This document shows, piece after piece, positions 29,265 to 39,696 of a DNA stretch of 64,000 bases. The stretch comes from Fidelibacterota bacterium. GTDB lineage: Bacteria > Fidelibacterota > Marinisomatia > Marinisomatales > JABMOV01. The stretch lies in NCBI GenBank assembly GCA_046861395.1, contig JBHHUC010000002.1:39762-103761 (forward strand). The letters are read 5' to 3'. Made by a program: the position numbers and the translations under genes. The notes beneath the pieces were generated by a model that saw nothing but the letters and a program-made list of their open reading frames with translations, made no database searches and was not told the origin of the DNA. Every line of letters begins with the position of its first letter. The stretch's first letter is position 1.

Positions 29265-29864
29265 TTATGCTTGTTCGTTGGTGCTGAATATGCCGTTAAG
29301 CATGGTTTCAATATGGTCTTTTGTAATCGTCCTGGGTCGGGATCCAAGGAAAAAGAGTCCGTGGAACAGACCCCCGATACCCCGCATCAATATTCCCGAA
29401 TCAAGACGGGGAAATTCGGCCTTAGCTATTCCCTCTTCCAGGATGCCACGCAGAACCGTGTAAAGACGATCCTGATACATTTTCCATTCGGGGATCTTAC
29501 CTTCGGATACTGGAATGATATTGGGCGCATTGAATAAAAATGTGTACAAGGATCGTTTTTTTTCAATCTGGTTCCCGATAGTCTGCAGGACAAGAATGAA
29601 TGTTTCTTTTGCCGTTCCTCCGGTCTCCAGAACCGGTTCGATACAATCCCATAATTCCTGCCATCCTTCGATCAAAAGGGCATTTATAATTTCTTCCTTG
29701 GATTTGAAATAATAATAGAGCGTAGCTTTCCCAAACCCCGATTCCCGGGCAATATCAGCCATGGTAACCTGATCGCTGGACATTTTGGCAAATACAGACA
29801 GGGCACCGTCCATGATCTTACGCCGGCGGAATGTCCGTTCTTCTTCCTGTCGCTTGGTAATCAC
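29265..29864 (-). CDS. TetR/AcrR-family transcriptional regulator
   Basis: TMADIARESGFGKATLYYYFKSKEEI helix-turn-helix. Confidence 0.93.
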   Translation of the reverse strand: MITKRQEEERTFRRRKIMDGALSVFAKMSSDQVTMADIARESGFGKATLYYYFKSKEEIINALLIEGWQELWDCIEPVLETGGTAKETFILVLQTIGNQIEKKRSLYTFLFNAPNIIPVSEGKIPEWKMYQDRLYTVLRGILEEGIAKAEFPRLDSGILMRGIGGLFHGLFFLGSRPRTITKDHIETMLNGIFSTNEQA

Positions 29865-29902
29865 CGAATACTCATTTCATATTTCGAATGGTGGGTTGAA
29901 AG

Positions 29903-30679
29903 TTAATCATTCCAAAGGAGACCTAACAGTCTTATTATGGCATTCAGGGGATGTTTTATTGATATTCCACCCGGACTGGTCACTGTGACAGGACGATGGC
30001 GTATATTCAAAATATATCCGATCCATACGAATATCAGTCCGATAATTTCCCCCAGATACAGATATTCGGTGTGCCCCAGGCGTGATGCGATTCCTCCCAA
30101 ACCAGGCAATAGCGCACCAAGGGCAATCAGGACATTCCCCAGGAACCGGTCCCGCACCTTCCGGCTGGTTGGAGCGGCTCGGAAAAATTTCCAGGCCGAA
30201 TAAGCCGCACCGCCGATGAGGAAAACTACGGCATAGAGGTTTACCAGCGGACTGAACAGTCGTACCCACTGCCAGCGAAGGACATTTCCGCTGGGCAAAT
30301 GAGAATTCACCAACGCATAGTCCACAGGGCTGAGGATGATAAACACGGCGGCGATGGTGGCGTAAATAATTAAGAACTGGGACAGGGGTTTTGCGACGGA
30401 TTTTCTCAGTAATAGCCAGACCGTGCCCTGAGCCAGAGGCGCTCCTCCCAGAATGGCGCCGGTAATGTACCAGAACTTGAAAATGATAAGATTCCACGAA
30501 AATAGGGTAATCCAGCTTTCGGCAAATGTTCCGGCCCCGTACAGCGCCACGCCGATACTCCACCAGAGCAGGTGATAGGAGCCGGGTTTGGTCCGGTGAC
30601 GGGAATAGATTCTTGCGGCAAAGTACAGGGAAAGAAAGGTGGTGCAAATGGGAAGAAAGTGTAACAAGGTGAGTTCCAT
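29903..30679 (-). CDS. Multi-pass (about 7 TM) membrane protein of unknown function
   Basis: Hydrophobic helices with HLLWWSIG, WYITGAILGGAPLAQGTVWLL; ATG 30679 directly follows the upstream stop. Confidence 0.75.
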   Translation of the reverse strand: MELTLLHFLPICTTFLSLYFAARIYSRHRTKPGSYHLLWWSIGVALYGAGTFAESWITLFSWNLIIFKFWYITGAILGGAPLAQGTVWLLLRKSVAKPLSQFLIIYATIAAVFIILSPVDYALVNSHLPSGNVLRWQWVRLFSPLVNLYAVVFLIGGAAYSAWKFFRAAPTSRKVRDRFLGNVLIALGALLPGLGGIASRLGHTEYLYLGEIIGLIFVWIGYILNIRHRPVTVTSPGGISIKHPLNAIIRLLGLLWND

Positions 30680-30680
30680 A

Positions 30681-31625
30681 TTAACCGTCCAACTCGGCCA
30701 GTGTAAAGATAAGAGCCCCAGCGCCATAGTCATCGAAAGTTAATTTATAGTCACCCTGCGCCGTCCGGATGAGATAGATATACTCGGGATGCTCAATGAT
30801 CACTTGGTGATTATACGGCGGCTCCGGATGATATACCAGTACGGCGTACAGTCCCAGATAACCCAGCACGGATTCGGCATCGCTGTCATACAGCCAGGTG
30901 ATGGTCTCGGGGATCTGAACAATATCGTCAAAAACTCCTTCGGTAAGTACAGCCACAGCGGTCCCACCGGACAAGGCAATATGGGGCATATAGACATTTC
31001 CTATCTCTGGAACAAAAATCGGAATTGTATAAAATGCCATATCCCACGATACATCGACCGCCAAACTTCCGGTGGTAAAATCATAACTGGTCTCCTGATC
31101 CTGATCAAGGGCTACTGTTTCGATGATATCGGATTCGAAACCATTATCACTGCGTACGGCATAACGAAATGTGATGGAATCAGGATTAGCCTTTAATGCT
31201 ACGAATTTGACAATGTGATAATCGGTTGTACGAATAAACCAGACATTGCCGTTCCCCATGATATTGTCAGCGCCGGATTGAGAATCTATCCAACGGTTAC
31301 CAATGACATAAAATTCGGTGGAGAGAGTGTCCCCCAGATACGGTGCCAAAGGAAGAACGGCGGATTCAAAGGCGGCACTATCGGCCGATAGAGCCCGGAC
31401 ACCCGCTTCGGAGTTCAGTTGAATGATATAATCTCCCCCATCAGAACGAAAAGCAATGTCATAGGGTTTGACAAAGGATTGATCAGTAAAGTTAAAATGA
31501 TGACCAAAGGAAGTAATATCCTCCGTATTAACGGTCAATTGATTGGGTAGCTGGCTGTCGCCGCCGGGACTTTCACAAGCCACCAGCAGGATGCATAAGA
31601 TCAGAACACCTAAGGGTTTCATCAT
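30681..31625 (-). CDS. HmuY-like lipoprotein, apparently two tandem domains
   Basis: Lipobox LVAC; repeat 1 YDIAF..WFIRT..KF..ITFRY; repeat 2 WDMAF..YLIRT..YKL..Y; follows a TonB receptor. Confidence 0.65.
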   Translation of the reverse strand: MMKPLGVLILCILLVACESPGGDSQLPNQLTVNTEDITSFGHHFNFTDQSFVKPYDIAFRSDGGDYIIQLNSEAGVRALSADSAAFESAVLPLAPYLGDTLSTEFYVIGNRWIDSQSGADNIMGNGNVWFIRTTDYHIVKFVALKANPDSITFRYAVRSDNGFESDIIETVALDQDQETSYDFTTGSLAVDVSWDMAFYTIPIFVPEIGNVYMPHIALSGGTAVAVLTEGVFDDIVQIPETITWLYDSDAESVLGYLGLYAVLVYHPEPPYNHQVIIEHPEYIYLIRTAQGDYKLTFDDYGAGALIFTLAELDG

Positions 31626-31630
31626 TACCT

Positions 31631-33826
31631 CTATTTGTTTATGATCAGTTCAAGAAAATATTGCCGACCGATGAAAGGACCGTGGATGTCATCAGTGATA
31701 TTCATTGCATTGGCAATTCCCCCTTTTACCGTTATCTGACCGACGATATGCCAGCCGGTGGTAACCGTTACTAGGGTGAAGGGTCTGCGAGGTGTTTTAC
31801 TGCGGTTGAAATCACCCAATTCCGGAATGTATTCGCTGGTAAAGTAGGAACCGATGAATTTCGCATTAATCGCCACTTCCCTGTTGCCACTTCGGTCCTG
31901 GCCGCTCCATTGGAATGACATGGTAAACGGTTTGGTGTTGGGTATGAGTTGATTTGTTTCCAGATCCCGGTTATCTACATAATTCACGCCCCAACTGGCC
32001 GTCATTTGTTGCGAGATTTGCCACCGACCCTGGATTTCGAGACCCGAATTCTGAACCCGATCCAGATTGCGATAGCTGAATACATTGGGAGCGGCGACAT
32101 AATCGTTGATCAGCTGATTAAACCGTGTGCCGTACAGCATGATGCTGATCTGGTACACCCGGGGATGATAGTAATCCAGACCCACAGTATACCCCAGGGA
32201 TTGTTCCGGTTTCAAATTTGGGTTTCCCTCAATCCTGTAACCGAATGCATCGTGGGTCCAGTCAATATATTGGTCCAAAAATGTGGGCATTCTGAATCCT
32301 CGTCCCACGGATGTTCTCAGCTTCCAGCGTTCTCCCAGTCTGACAAGAAAGGCCAGTCGCGGATTGATCACCGTTCCCACTTCATTATTGCGATCCAGGC
32401 GCATACCCACCACCGCATTAACCACCGGAAATAACCAGAAATCCAGTTGGCCGTATAAACTCACGGCTTTTCGTATTTGCGTCTTTCCGGCAATGCGGTT
32501 ACTGCTGTATTTGTCGGTGGATATTTCCGTTCCCACATTCATCGTCAACCGCTCTCCAGTCCGGACGGCGTTGATTTCCAGTTCCCGTTCGATCTCTTTC
32601 GTATTGTCAAACAATACCGGCGTTCCCCAGGGCCTGACCTGGGTGTAATTCCGCTGATAATCCGTGGCACGGACATATTCCTGAATGTCCCACCGGGAGC
32701 CCCATTTCCACTGATGACTCAAGGCGGGGAAAAATCGATTTACCTGTGTTTGGGCGTTGACCGTTTTTGTGTTATTATTTTCCTCATCGGTGTAATAATT
32801 CAGATCGATCCTTATACTGTGGTCATCGGATATCTTCCAGGCTACCTGATTCCGGGTCTGAATCTTGTAAATATTATCTACATTGATATGCAGGTTATTA
32901 TCATCCATATTGATGGCATTTATATCAATGTTTGATCCCAGGGAAACAGACTGAATCTGTTTACGGAAATCCAGCCGCAGATTGCGGCGGCCGGCGGAGG
33001 GGACCAAGGGTTTGAAGCGTCCATCGCTGCCGGTAAAGCGGGAACTGATTGTCCACCGCCCGGCAGTTTCCGGTTTTTCTGTGATGATATTAATCACACC
33101 CCCCATTGCTTCACTGCCATAGAGGGCTGAATTGGGGCCCTTCAGGATTTCGACTTTACGGACGGCGGCGGTGGGAATCTGATCCAGTGATACGCGACCA
33201 TCAAACTTCCCCGTCACCGGTTGACCATCCACCAGCACCAGCACATAGCGGGAATCCATTCCATTGAGACTGATTACACTTTCTCCCGTAATAGTGGTTG
33301 TCACTGAAACACCCGATCGGGCGGACAATAATTCCCCCAGATCCAGGGCCCCGGAATCGTCTATATCCTTACGTGTGATTACTTCAGTGGCCACCGGGAC
33401 ATCGCAGTGTATTTTTTCCGTCCGCGTACTTGTCACCACGACTTCATTCATCAGAAAGAATGCTTCGGTCAGTGCTACGCTAATGGTCGTGTCGGATGTG
33501 ATATCACATACTTGGGTAAAGGCGTCATATCCGATATGGCTGAAATTCAATCGGTGGTTTCCGGCCGGAACATTTCTGATGCTAAACCGACCAGCGGGAT
33601 CGCTGGCATCGCCCAATTCCGTTCCAGCTACGGTTACATTCACGAGATCCAGCAGTCGCCCGGTCTCCGCAGCCCGAATTACGCCCGTGACGGTATAGAA
33701 TGCCGTTTTATCAGGAAAGGCGGACAGACATAGAGGCAGAAATAATATGAGCAACAGCAGATATGGAATGCGGGAGGGTATTGCCAGAGCACGAGGCCGG
33801 TTGCGTGTCATTTTCCGTGGGTGCAT
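31631..33826 (-). CDS. TonB-dependent receptor (CirA/HmuR-like)
   Basis: EVVVTSTRTE, VLVLVDG, KVEILKGPNSALYGSEAMGGVINIIT, RGFRMPT, GNPNLKPE, GRQYF; start may be 33811. Confidence 0.92.
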   Translation of the reverse strand: MHPRKMTRNRPRALAIPSRIPYLLLLILFLPLCLSAFPDKTAFYTVTGVIRAAETGRLLDLVNVTVAGTELGDASDPAGRFSIRNVPAGNHRLNFSHIGYDAFTQVCDITSDTTISVALTEAFFLMNEVVVTSTRTEKIHCDVPVATEVITRKDIDDSGALDLGELLSARSGVSVTTTITGESVISLNGMDSRYVLVLVDGQPVTGKFDGRVSLDQIPTAAVRKVEILKGPNSALYGSEAMGGVINIITEKPETAGRWTISSRFTGSDGRFKPLVPSAGRRNLRLDFRKQIQSVSLGSNIDINAINMDDNNLHINVDNIYKIQTRNQVAWKISDDHSIRIDLNYYTDEENNNTKTVNAQTQVNRFFPALSHQWKWGSRWDIQEYVRATDYQRNYTQVRPWGTPVLFDNTKEIERELEINAVRTGERLTMNVGTEISTDKYSSNRIAGKTQIRKAVSLYGQLDFWLFPVVNAVVGMRLDRNNEVGTVINPRLAFLVRLGERWKLRTSVGRGFRMPTFLDQYIDWTHDAFGYRIEGNPNLKPEQSLGYTVGLDYYHPRVYQISIMLYGTRFNQLINDYVAAPNVFSYRNLDRVQNSGLEIQGRWQISQQMTASWGVNYVDNRDLETNQLIPNTKPFTMSFQWSGQDRSGNREVAINAKFIGSYFTSEYIPELGDFNRSKTPRRPFTLVTVTTGWHIVGQITVKGGIANAMNITDDIHGPFIGRQYFLELIINK

Positions 33827-33844
33827 TACTAATTCCGAATTGTT

Positions 33845-33880
33845 GTTTTATTTTTCGAACGCTTAGTCGAAAATTAAAAC
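33845..33880. promoter_or_regulatory. Inverted repeat, candidate operator upstream of the TonB/HmuY cluster
   Basis: gttttatttttcga-acgcttag-tcgaaaattaaaac, 13/14 arm match. Confidence 0.6.
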
Positions 33881-34040
33881 CCAATATTCGGATAATCAAG
33901 TCCTGTATAATAATTACGGTTTGCTATTAATGAATACGGCGCGGCGGGAATCACCATAGAGAATATGACAGGCCGTTGAACAGCTGCGAATCTTTACATT
34001 TATATCCGTTTATGTGACCAGTCAATTACAGCGGATTATT

Positions 34041-35258
34041 TCATTGAAAATATTTCAGTGTAGTTTTCAGAGCGGCTATAAAGTAATCGATTTCCTCACT
34101 TGTATTATAAAAGTAAAAGCTGGCCCGCACGGTAGAATTTACACCCAGCGCCTGTAAAGCCGGCTGGGCACAATGGTGTCCGGCTCGCACGGCAATGCCA
34201 TCCTGATCCAGGAATTGTGCCAGGTCTGCAGCCGGTACACCGTCAATCGTAAACAGCAGAACGGGTCCGCAAGCCTTGTCGGGTCCGTAGAGATGAAGAC
34301 CCGGCACCGTACTCAGTGCTTCCCGAGCCTGGCGCCACAGCACATGTTCCGTGGCGGCGATGTCCTGCAACGGCAGGGATTCCAGATATTCAATCGCCGC
34401 GCCAAGACCAATGACTTGAGCAATAGCCGGTGTTCCGGCCTCAAAGCGATAAGGCGGAACATTCCAGGTCGTCGCTTCAAGGGTGACCCGATCAATCATT
34501 TCACCGCCGCCTTGAAAGGGTTCCATTGACTCCAGGATTTCACTCTTAGCGTATAGGACACCTACTCCAGTCGGTCCCAGCATTTTATGGCCGGAAAAAG
34601 CAAAAAAATCACAATCCATATCTGTCACATTAACGGGCATATGAGGAACACTCTGAGCTCCATCCACCAATACCAGAGCCCCCTTTTCATGAGCCCGGGT
34701 TATAATATTTTCCACCGGATTGATGGTTCCGAAAATATTGGACTGTTGCGTCACTGCCACCAGTTTGGTATGAGGCGACAACAGCCGGTCAAGATGACTC
34801 AGGTCCAGGGTTCCGGATTGGGTCATGGGTATGACCTTCAGTGTAGCGCCGGTTTCACGGCAGACCGTCTGCCAGGGAACCAGATTGCTGTGATGCTCCA
34901 TTTCGGTAATTAATACTTCGTCATCGGGACCCAATTCCCGGCGGGCCCAAGCATAGGCTACCAGATTGATCGATTCCGTTGTTCCCCGGGTAAAAACAAT
35001 ATTTTTGGCCGACGGAGCAGAAATAAATCGCGCCACTGCTTCCCGCACTGCTTCATAACGATTGGTCGCTTTTTCACTGTGATGATAAATCCCCCGGTGC
35101 ACATTGGCTGTATAATTGCGGTAATAATCCACCATGGCGTCAATGACGGTCAGCGGTTTCTGGGTCGTGGCCGCATTGTCAAAATAAATCAGAGATTTTC
35201 CGTGAGCCTCCGATTGCAATCCGGGAAAATCCCGGCGGACGGAATCAATATCAATCAC
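34041..35258 (-). CDS. sufS: SufS cysteine desulfurase
   Basis: YFDNAATTQKP, EHHSN, SGHKM, RAGHHCA. Confidence 0.96.
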   Translation of the reverse strand: MIDIDSVRRDFPGLQSEAHGKSLIYFDNAATTQKPLTVIDAMVDYYRNYTANVHRGIYHHSEKATNRYEAVREAVARFISAPSAKNIVFTRGTTESINLVAYAWARRELGPDDEVLITEMEHHSNLVPWQTVCRETGATLKVIPMTQSGTLDLSHLDRLLSPHTKLVAVTQQSNIFGTINPVENIITRAHEKGALVLVDGAQSVPHMPVNVTDMDCDFFAFSGHKMLGPTGVGVLYAKSEILESMEPFQGGGEMIDRVTLEATTWNVPPYRFEAGTPAIAQVIGLGAAIEYLESLPLQDIAATEHVLWRQAREALSTVPGLHLYGPDKACGPVLLFTIDGVPAADLAQFLDQDGIAVRAGHHCAQPALQALGVNSTVRASFYFYNTSEEIDYFIAALKTTLKYFQ

Positions 35259-35260
35259 AG

Positions 35261-35809
35261 CTACAGCAATCCCAACTGAAGCAGGGCTTCCTCTGTCATC
35301 ATATCCTTATTCCACTGGGGTTCCCAGACTAGTTCCACCAGGACATCATGAACGCCGGGCACAGCTTTCACTTTCTGTTCGGCATTCCCGGCAATGACCG
35401 GTCCCATGCCGCAACCGGGAGCGGTCAGGGTCATCTTGATATATATATTGGTGCCCTTATTTCGGGGCGCTGGTTTCAGTTTTAAATCATAGATCAAGCC
35501 CAGATCAACAATATTCACCGGAATTTCGGGATCATAGACCGATTTCAGTTGATCCCAGATCATGTGTTCATCGACTCCATTCGTTCCGGAAACCAGGCCG
35601 GCATCGATCAGTTCCGGCTCATAACCCAAAGCATCTGCATTAGCCCCTGAAATCTGATACATATTCCCCTGAAAAACTACAGTGTACGTTCCGCCCAAGG
35701 CCTGAGTTATCCGTACTGGTTCATCCTTTTTCAGGACAACCTGCTCACCGGAGGGAACAATAAATGCTTCCACATTCCGGGTGAGACGAACCGTTTCATT
35801 CGTATTCAT
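35261..35809 (-). CDS. sufT: SufT (DUF59) Fe-S assembly protein, long form
   Basis: ITQALGGTYTV N-terminal domain; YDPEIPVNIVDLGLIY, MTLTAPGCGMG. Confidence 0.9.
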   Translation of the reverse strand: MNTNETVRLTRNVEAFIVPSGEQVVLKKDEPVRITQALGGTYTVVFQGNMYQISGANADALGYEPELIDAGLVSGTNGVDEHMIWDQLKSVYDPEIPVNIVDLGLIYDLKLKPAPRNKGTNIYIKMTLTAPGCGMGPVIAGNAEQKVKAVPGVHDVLVELVWEPQWNKDMMTEEALLQLGLL

Positions 35810-36225
35810 TCTGATTCTTTCCTTATGGCCGCTTTTACTTTTTCCAGAGCACTGATAAATCCATTGGTTCGCTGACTGGTAATTGTATCCGATAATCCCA
35901 GAGCCGCCAGGAATTCCCGTGGGTCCACTTTCTGAATTATTTCGGCCCGCTCGCCAGACAAAACCGTTGCCAATAGCGTCAGTAAACCTTTGACAATGTT
36001 GGCATCCGAATCGACCTGAAACTGATAGTTGCCGTCAGGACTTTTCTGCCACACTACCCAGGCCTGTGAGGCACAACCCGGTACGCGGTTCTTGTCCACA
36101 CGGTGGGCCGGATCAAAAGCCGGAGCTTGTTTACCAATATCCATGATTTGAATGAATATATCGCGGGGATCATCAAATAGTTCAAAGTCCTCCCGGATGG
36201 CCGCCAGTTTGGATTCAATACTCAT
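35806..36225 (-). CDS. sufE: SufE sulfur-transfer protein
   Basis: VPGCASQAW, DSDANIVKGL, QRTNG. Confidence 0.92.
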   Translation of the reverse strand: MSIESKLAAIREDFELFDDPRDIFIQIMDIGKQAPAFDPAHRVDKNRVPGCASQAWVVWQKSPDGNYQFQVDSDANIVKGLLTLLATVLSGERAEIIQKVDPREFLAALGLSDTITSQRTNGFISALEKVKAAIRKESE

Positions 36226-37472
36226 ATCTCATTCGCCTCCAGCCACTGATGTAAACGCTGCGCAAAAGCCTCCCGGATATTTTCGGCCGGAACGGCATCC
36301 AGAATATCCTCGGCAAACCCCATCAATAAAATAGCCCTGGCATCGCGTTCCGATATTCCCCGGGATCGCAGATAAAATAAGGCATCGTCATCCAGTTCTC
36401 CGGTTGTGGTACCATGAGAACAAGCCACATCATCATTGTAGATTTCCAATTGCGGAATCGCATTGACCCGGGCCGTTTCAGACAATAATATGTTTTTATT
36501 GGTTTGATTGGCATTGGTGCCGCAGGCCCCTTCCTCCACAATGATCCGTCCGTTAAATACAGCCCGGGATGAATCGCGAAGAATAATCTTGGCTGTTTCA
36601 TCGCTATTACCGTGGCCGGCATGATGATGAACGGTAGTATGATAATCACAATGATGCTGGTCTTTCACCAGATTTAAAATATTATAGGACGTTTCCCCGT
36701 GGCTTCCGACCTGTCGAATCCGACTGTCAACCCGGGTCAGCTTTCCTCCCGTGGTGAGATGAGTCATGGCAAGACGACTGTTAGCATTCTGGATAATGTT
36801 CTGGTAGGAGAAATGCAAGGCTCCGGTGCCACCCTCCCGAATCTGATATAGGGACAGGCGGGAATCGTCTCCCAAGATGATTTCTTCGCGATGGTTGGTC
36901 AATGTTTTCCCCTTGCCTTCGGAAAGAAACGTTTCCGTGACACTCACTTCACTCCCCGCTTCCGTCCGGAGCAGGAGCTGTGAATGACTGGCACCGTTGG
37001 CATCGGTTTCATTGGCGGTAAACCAGATGATCTGAACCGGTCGATCCACCCGGATACCGGCCGATACACGGACCTGAAGGCTTTCCCGCGCCAGGGCCCG
37101 GTTCCAGTCCACAAAAGCATTGGTATCACGTTGATCCATCTGGGGGAATTCGCTTTCCCGATGAATAACAATATTCAAACCCGGGACTGCTGATAATTCA
37201 CTCCAATCGGTTTCCAGGCGTCCGTTCAGGAAGCAAATGCGGATTGCGCCCGGTAGAGTCACACGATCGATTTTCGCTTTTATGGCCGTTCGGTCTTTTG
37301 GTGAGGGTAGAACAGGAAACGGTGTTCGGGACAGGAATGAGACATTTGTAAAACGCCAAGCTTCCTGCCTGGGAGTAGGAAAACCAGTTTTCATGAACCG
37401 GTCCCAGGCTGCACGGCGGTCAGAGTTCACATCGTCCCGGTTCATAGTATAGGGGAGTGCTTCAGTCATCAT
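36222..37472 (-). CDS. sufD: SufD Fe-S assembly protein
   Basis: EAWRFT, VFNGRI, PQLEIYNDDVACSHG, LFYLRSRGI; start placed overlapping the sufC stop. Confidence 0.92.
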   Translation of the reverse strand: MMTEALPYTMNRDDVNSDRRAAWDRFMKTGFPTPRQEAWRFTNVSFLSRTPFPVLPSPKDRTAIKAKIDRVTLPGAIRICFLNGRLETDWSELSAVPGLNIVIHRESEFPQMDQRDTNAFVDWNRALARESLQVRVSAGIRVDRPVQIIWFTANETDANGASHSQLLLRTEAGSEVSVTETFLSEGKGKTLTNHREEIILGDDSRLSLYQIREGGTGALHFSYQNIIQNANSRLAMTHLTTGGKLTRVDSRIRQVGSHGETSYNILNLVKDQHHCDYHTTVHHHAGHGNSDETAKIILRDSSRAVFNGRIIVEEGACGTNANQTNKNILLSETARVNAIPQLEIYNDDVACSHGTTTGELDDDALFYLRSRGISERDARAILLMGFAEDILDAVPAENIREAFAQRLHQWLEANEI

Positions 37473-38211
37473 TCCGATCCAGCCAATTATAACCTTTTTC
37501 CTCCAGAGATAATGCCAGGTCAGGACCACCGGTTTTCACGATGCTGCCGTTGATCAATACATGAACCACATCGGGAACGATATATTTCAGCAATCGCTGG
37601 TAGTGAGTAATGACAATGAAGGCATGATCCGGATTCCGGTAGCCGTTGACACCTTCCGCTACGATTTGCAGCGCATCGATGTCCAGGCCCGAATCGGTTT
37701 CGTCCAGGATGGCCAGTTTCGGTTCCAGGGTGATCATCTGGAGAATTTCATTCCGTTTTTTCTCACCCCCGGAAAATCCTTCGTTCACGGATCGTTTTAG
37801 GTAGGAAATATCCATTCCGACGGTTTTGATTTTTTCCTTGATGAGCTTCATGAAAGAGGCGGCGTCCAGTTCCGGTTGTCCCAGATACTTTCGCTTGGCA
37901 TTGTAGGCCGCCCGCAGGAAATACGTATTATTCACACCGGGAATAACGACCGGATATTGGAACGATTGAAAAATGCCCCGCAGGGCTCGTTCTTCCGTGG
38001 ACAAGGCCAGCAGGTCCTGCTCTTCATAGGTGATGGATCCAGCGGAAATGGTATAGCCTTCCTTGCCGGAAAGGATATTGGCCAGCGTACTTTTTCCGCT
38101 ACCATTGCGCCCCATAATGGCGTGCATTTCACCCTTTTTGACCGTCAGGTTGATGCCTTTCAATATGGGCTTACCGTCGATGGCGGCATGGAGATTTTTA
38201 ATTTCTAACAT
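37462..38211 (-). CDS. sufC: SufC ATPase
   Basis: GRNGSGKST, NEGFSGGEKKRNE, LDETDSGLDID, ITHYQR. Confidence 0.96.
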   Translation of the reverse strand: MLEIKNLHAAIDGKPILKGINLTVKKGEMHAIMGRNGSGKSTLANILSGKEGYTISAGSITYEEQDLLALSTEERALRGIFQSFQYPVVIPGVNNTYFLRAAYNAKRKYLGQPELDAASFMKLIKEKIKTVGMDISYLKRSVNEGFSGGEKKRNEILQMITLEPKLAILDETDSGLDIDALQIVAEGVNGYRNPDHAFIVITHYQRLLKYIVPDVVHVLINGSIVKTGGPDLALSLEEKGYNWLDRNDD

Positions 38212-38244
38212 GGTATTTTCTGTTTAGCATATTTTATAAAATGA

Positions 38245-39687
38245 TTACCCTACGGACCCTTCCAAACTCACTTCCATCAGCTTCTGTGCTTCCATGGCAA
38301 ATTCCATGGGCAGTTTTTGGAAAACATCTTTACAGAAACCGTTTACGATCATAGAAACGGCATCTTCTTCGGATAATCCTCGCTGTTTGCAATAAAAGAT
38401 CTGCTCTTCACCGATCTTTGATGTAGTGGCTTCATGTTCCATCTTGGCCGAAGGATTTCGTACATCCACGTAGGGGAAAGTATGGGCCCCGCAGCGGTCT
38501 CCGATCAAAATGGAATCACACTGGGAATAGTTCCGCGCCTGTTCGGCATGCTTCATGATTTTTACTTCGCCCCGGTAGGCATTCTGACTTTGTCCGGCCG
38601 AAATCCCCTTGGAAATAATTGTACTCCGGGAATGCTTCCCGATATGAATCATCTTCGTGCCCGTATCGGCCTGCTGATGGTTATTGGTCAGCGCAACAGA
38701 ATAGAACTCACCGATAGTATAATCCCCTTTCAGAATTACACTGGGATATTTCCAGGTAACGGCGGAACCAGTTTCCACCTGTGTCCAGGATATCTTTGCC
38801 CGGTCTTCCCGACATATTCCCCGCTTGGTCACAAAATTATAGATACCGCCCTTTCCCTCCTTGTCACCGGGATACCAATTCTGCACGGTGGAATATTTGA
38901 TATAGGCATCCTTGTGTGCTACCAGCTCCACGACGGCGGCGTGTAATTGATTCTCATCCCGCATGGGAGCCGTACATCCTTCCAGATAACTGACCGTACT
39001 TCCCTCCTCCGCGATGATCAGAGTCCGCTCGAACTGTCCAGTATTCAGGGCATTGATCCGGAAATAGGTCGATAATTCCATGGGACAGGTAACGCCCTTG
39101 GGAATATAGACAAAGGAACCATCGCTGAAAACGGCGGAATTCAGGGCGGCATAAAAATTATCGCTAGCCGGTACCACCGATCCCAGATATTTTTTCACCA
39201 GGTCGGGATGGGAATGAACGGCTTCTGACAGGGGACAAAAAATGATCCCATGTTTAGCCAGCTCCTTTTTAAACGTCGTCGTAACGGAAACACTGTCAAA
39301 GACGGCATCCACGGCCACACCGGCCAGAATTTTCTGCTCCTCCAAGGGAATTCCCAGCTTGGCGTAAGTATCCAGTAATTCCGGATCGACTTCATCCAGA
39401 CTCTTATGTTTTGGTTTCTTGGGAGCCGAAAAATAACTGATGTCCTGGAAATCAATTTCCGGATAACGAACACTGGCCCAGGACGGCTCCTCCATCGTCA
39501 ACCAGTGACGATATGCCTTGAGGCGCCACTGCAGCAACCAGTCCGGTTCTCCCTTGATTGCGGAAATCCGGCGAATCACATCTTCATTCAATCCGGGCGC
39601 AAAAGTGTCCTGTTTAATATCGGTGAAAAAACCGTAGGCGTAATCCCGGTCAATGGCTTCATCAATAATTTTCTTTTCGTCACTCAT
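38245..39687 (-). CDS. sufB: SufB Fe-S scaffold
   Basis: [47 protein letters not shown]. Confidence 0.97.
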   Translation of the reverse strand: MSDEKKIIDEAIDRDYAYGFFTDIKQDTFAPGLNEDVIRRISAIKGEPDWLLQWRLKAYRHWLTMEEPSWASVRYPEIDFQDISYFSAPKKPKHKSLDEVDPELLDTYAKLGIPLEEQKILAGVAVDAVFDSVSVTTTFKKELAKHGIIFCPLSEAVHSHPDLVKKYLGSVVPASDNFYAALNSAVFSDGSFVYIPKGVTCPMELSTYFRINALNTGQFERTLIIAEEGSTVSYLEGCTAPMRDENQLHAAVVELVAHKDAYIKYSTVQNWYPGDKEGKGGIYNFVTKRGICREDRAKISWTQVETGSAVTWKYPSVILKGDYTIGEFYSVALTNNHQQADTGTKMIHIGKHSRSTIISKGISAGQSQNAYRGEVKIMKHAEQARNYSQCDSILIGDRCGAHTFPYVDVRNPSAKMEHEATTSKIGEEQIFYCKQRGLSEEDAVSMIVNGFCKDVFQKLPMEFAMEAQKLMEVSLEGSVG

Positions 39688-39696
39688 ACCTTATTC

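Noticed and set aside
29919..29932. AGAC-N6-GTCT as a TetR operator
   Set aside because: Only 4-bp arms and inside the upstream coding end; too weak without comparative data
29907..30647. 246-aa same-strand alternative-frame ORF inside the membrane-protein gene
   Set aside because: Arg/Pro/Ser-rich, no motifs; typical off-frame shadow of a hydrophobic gene
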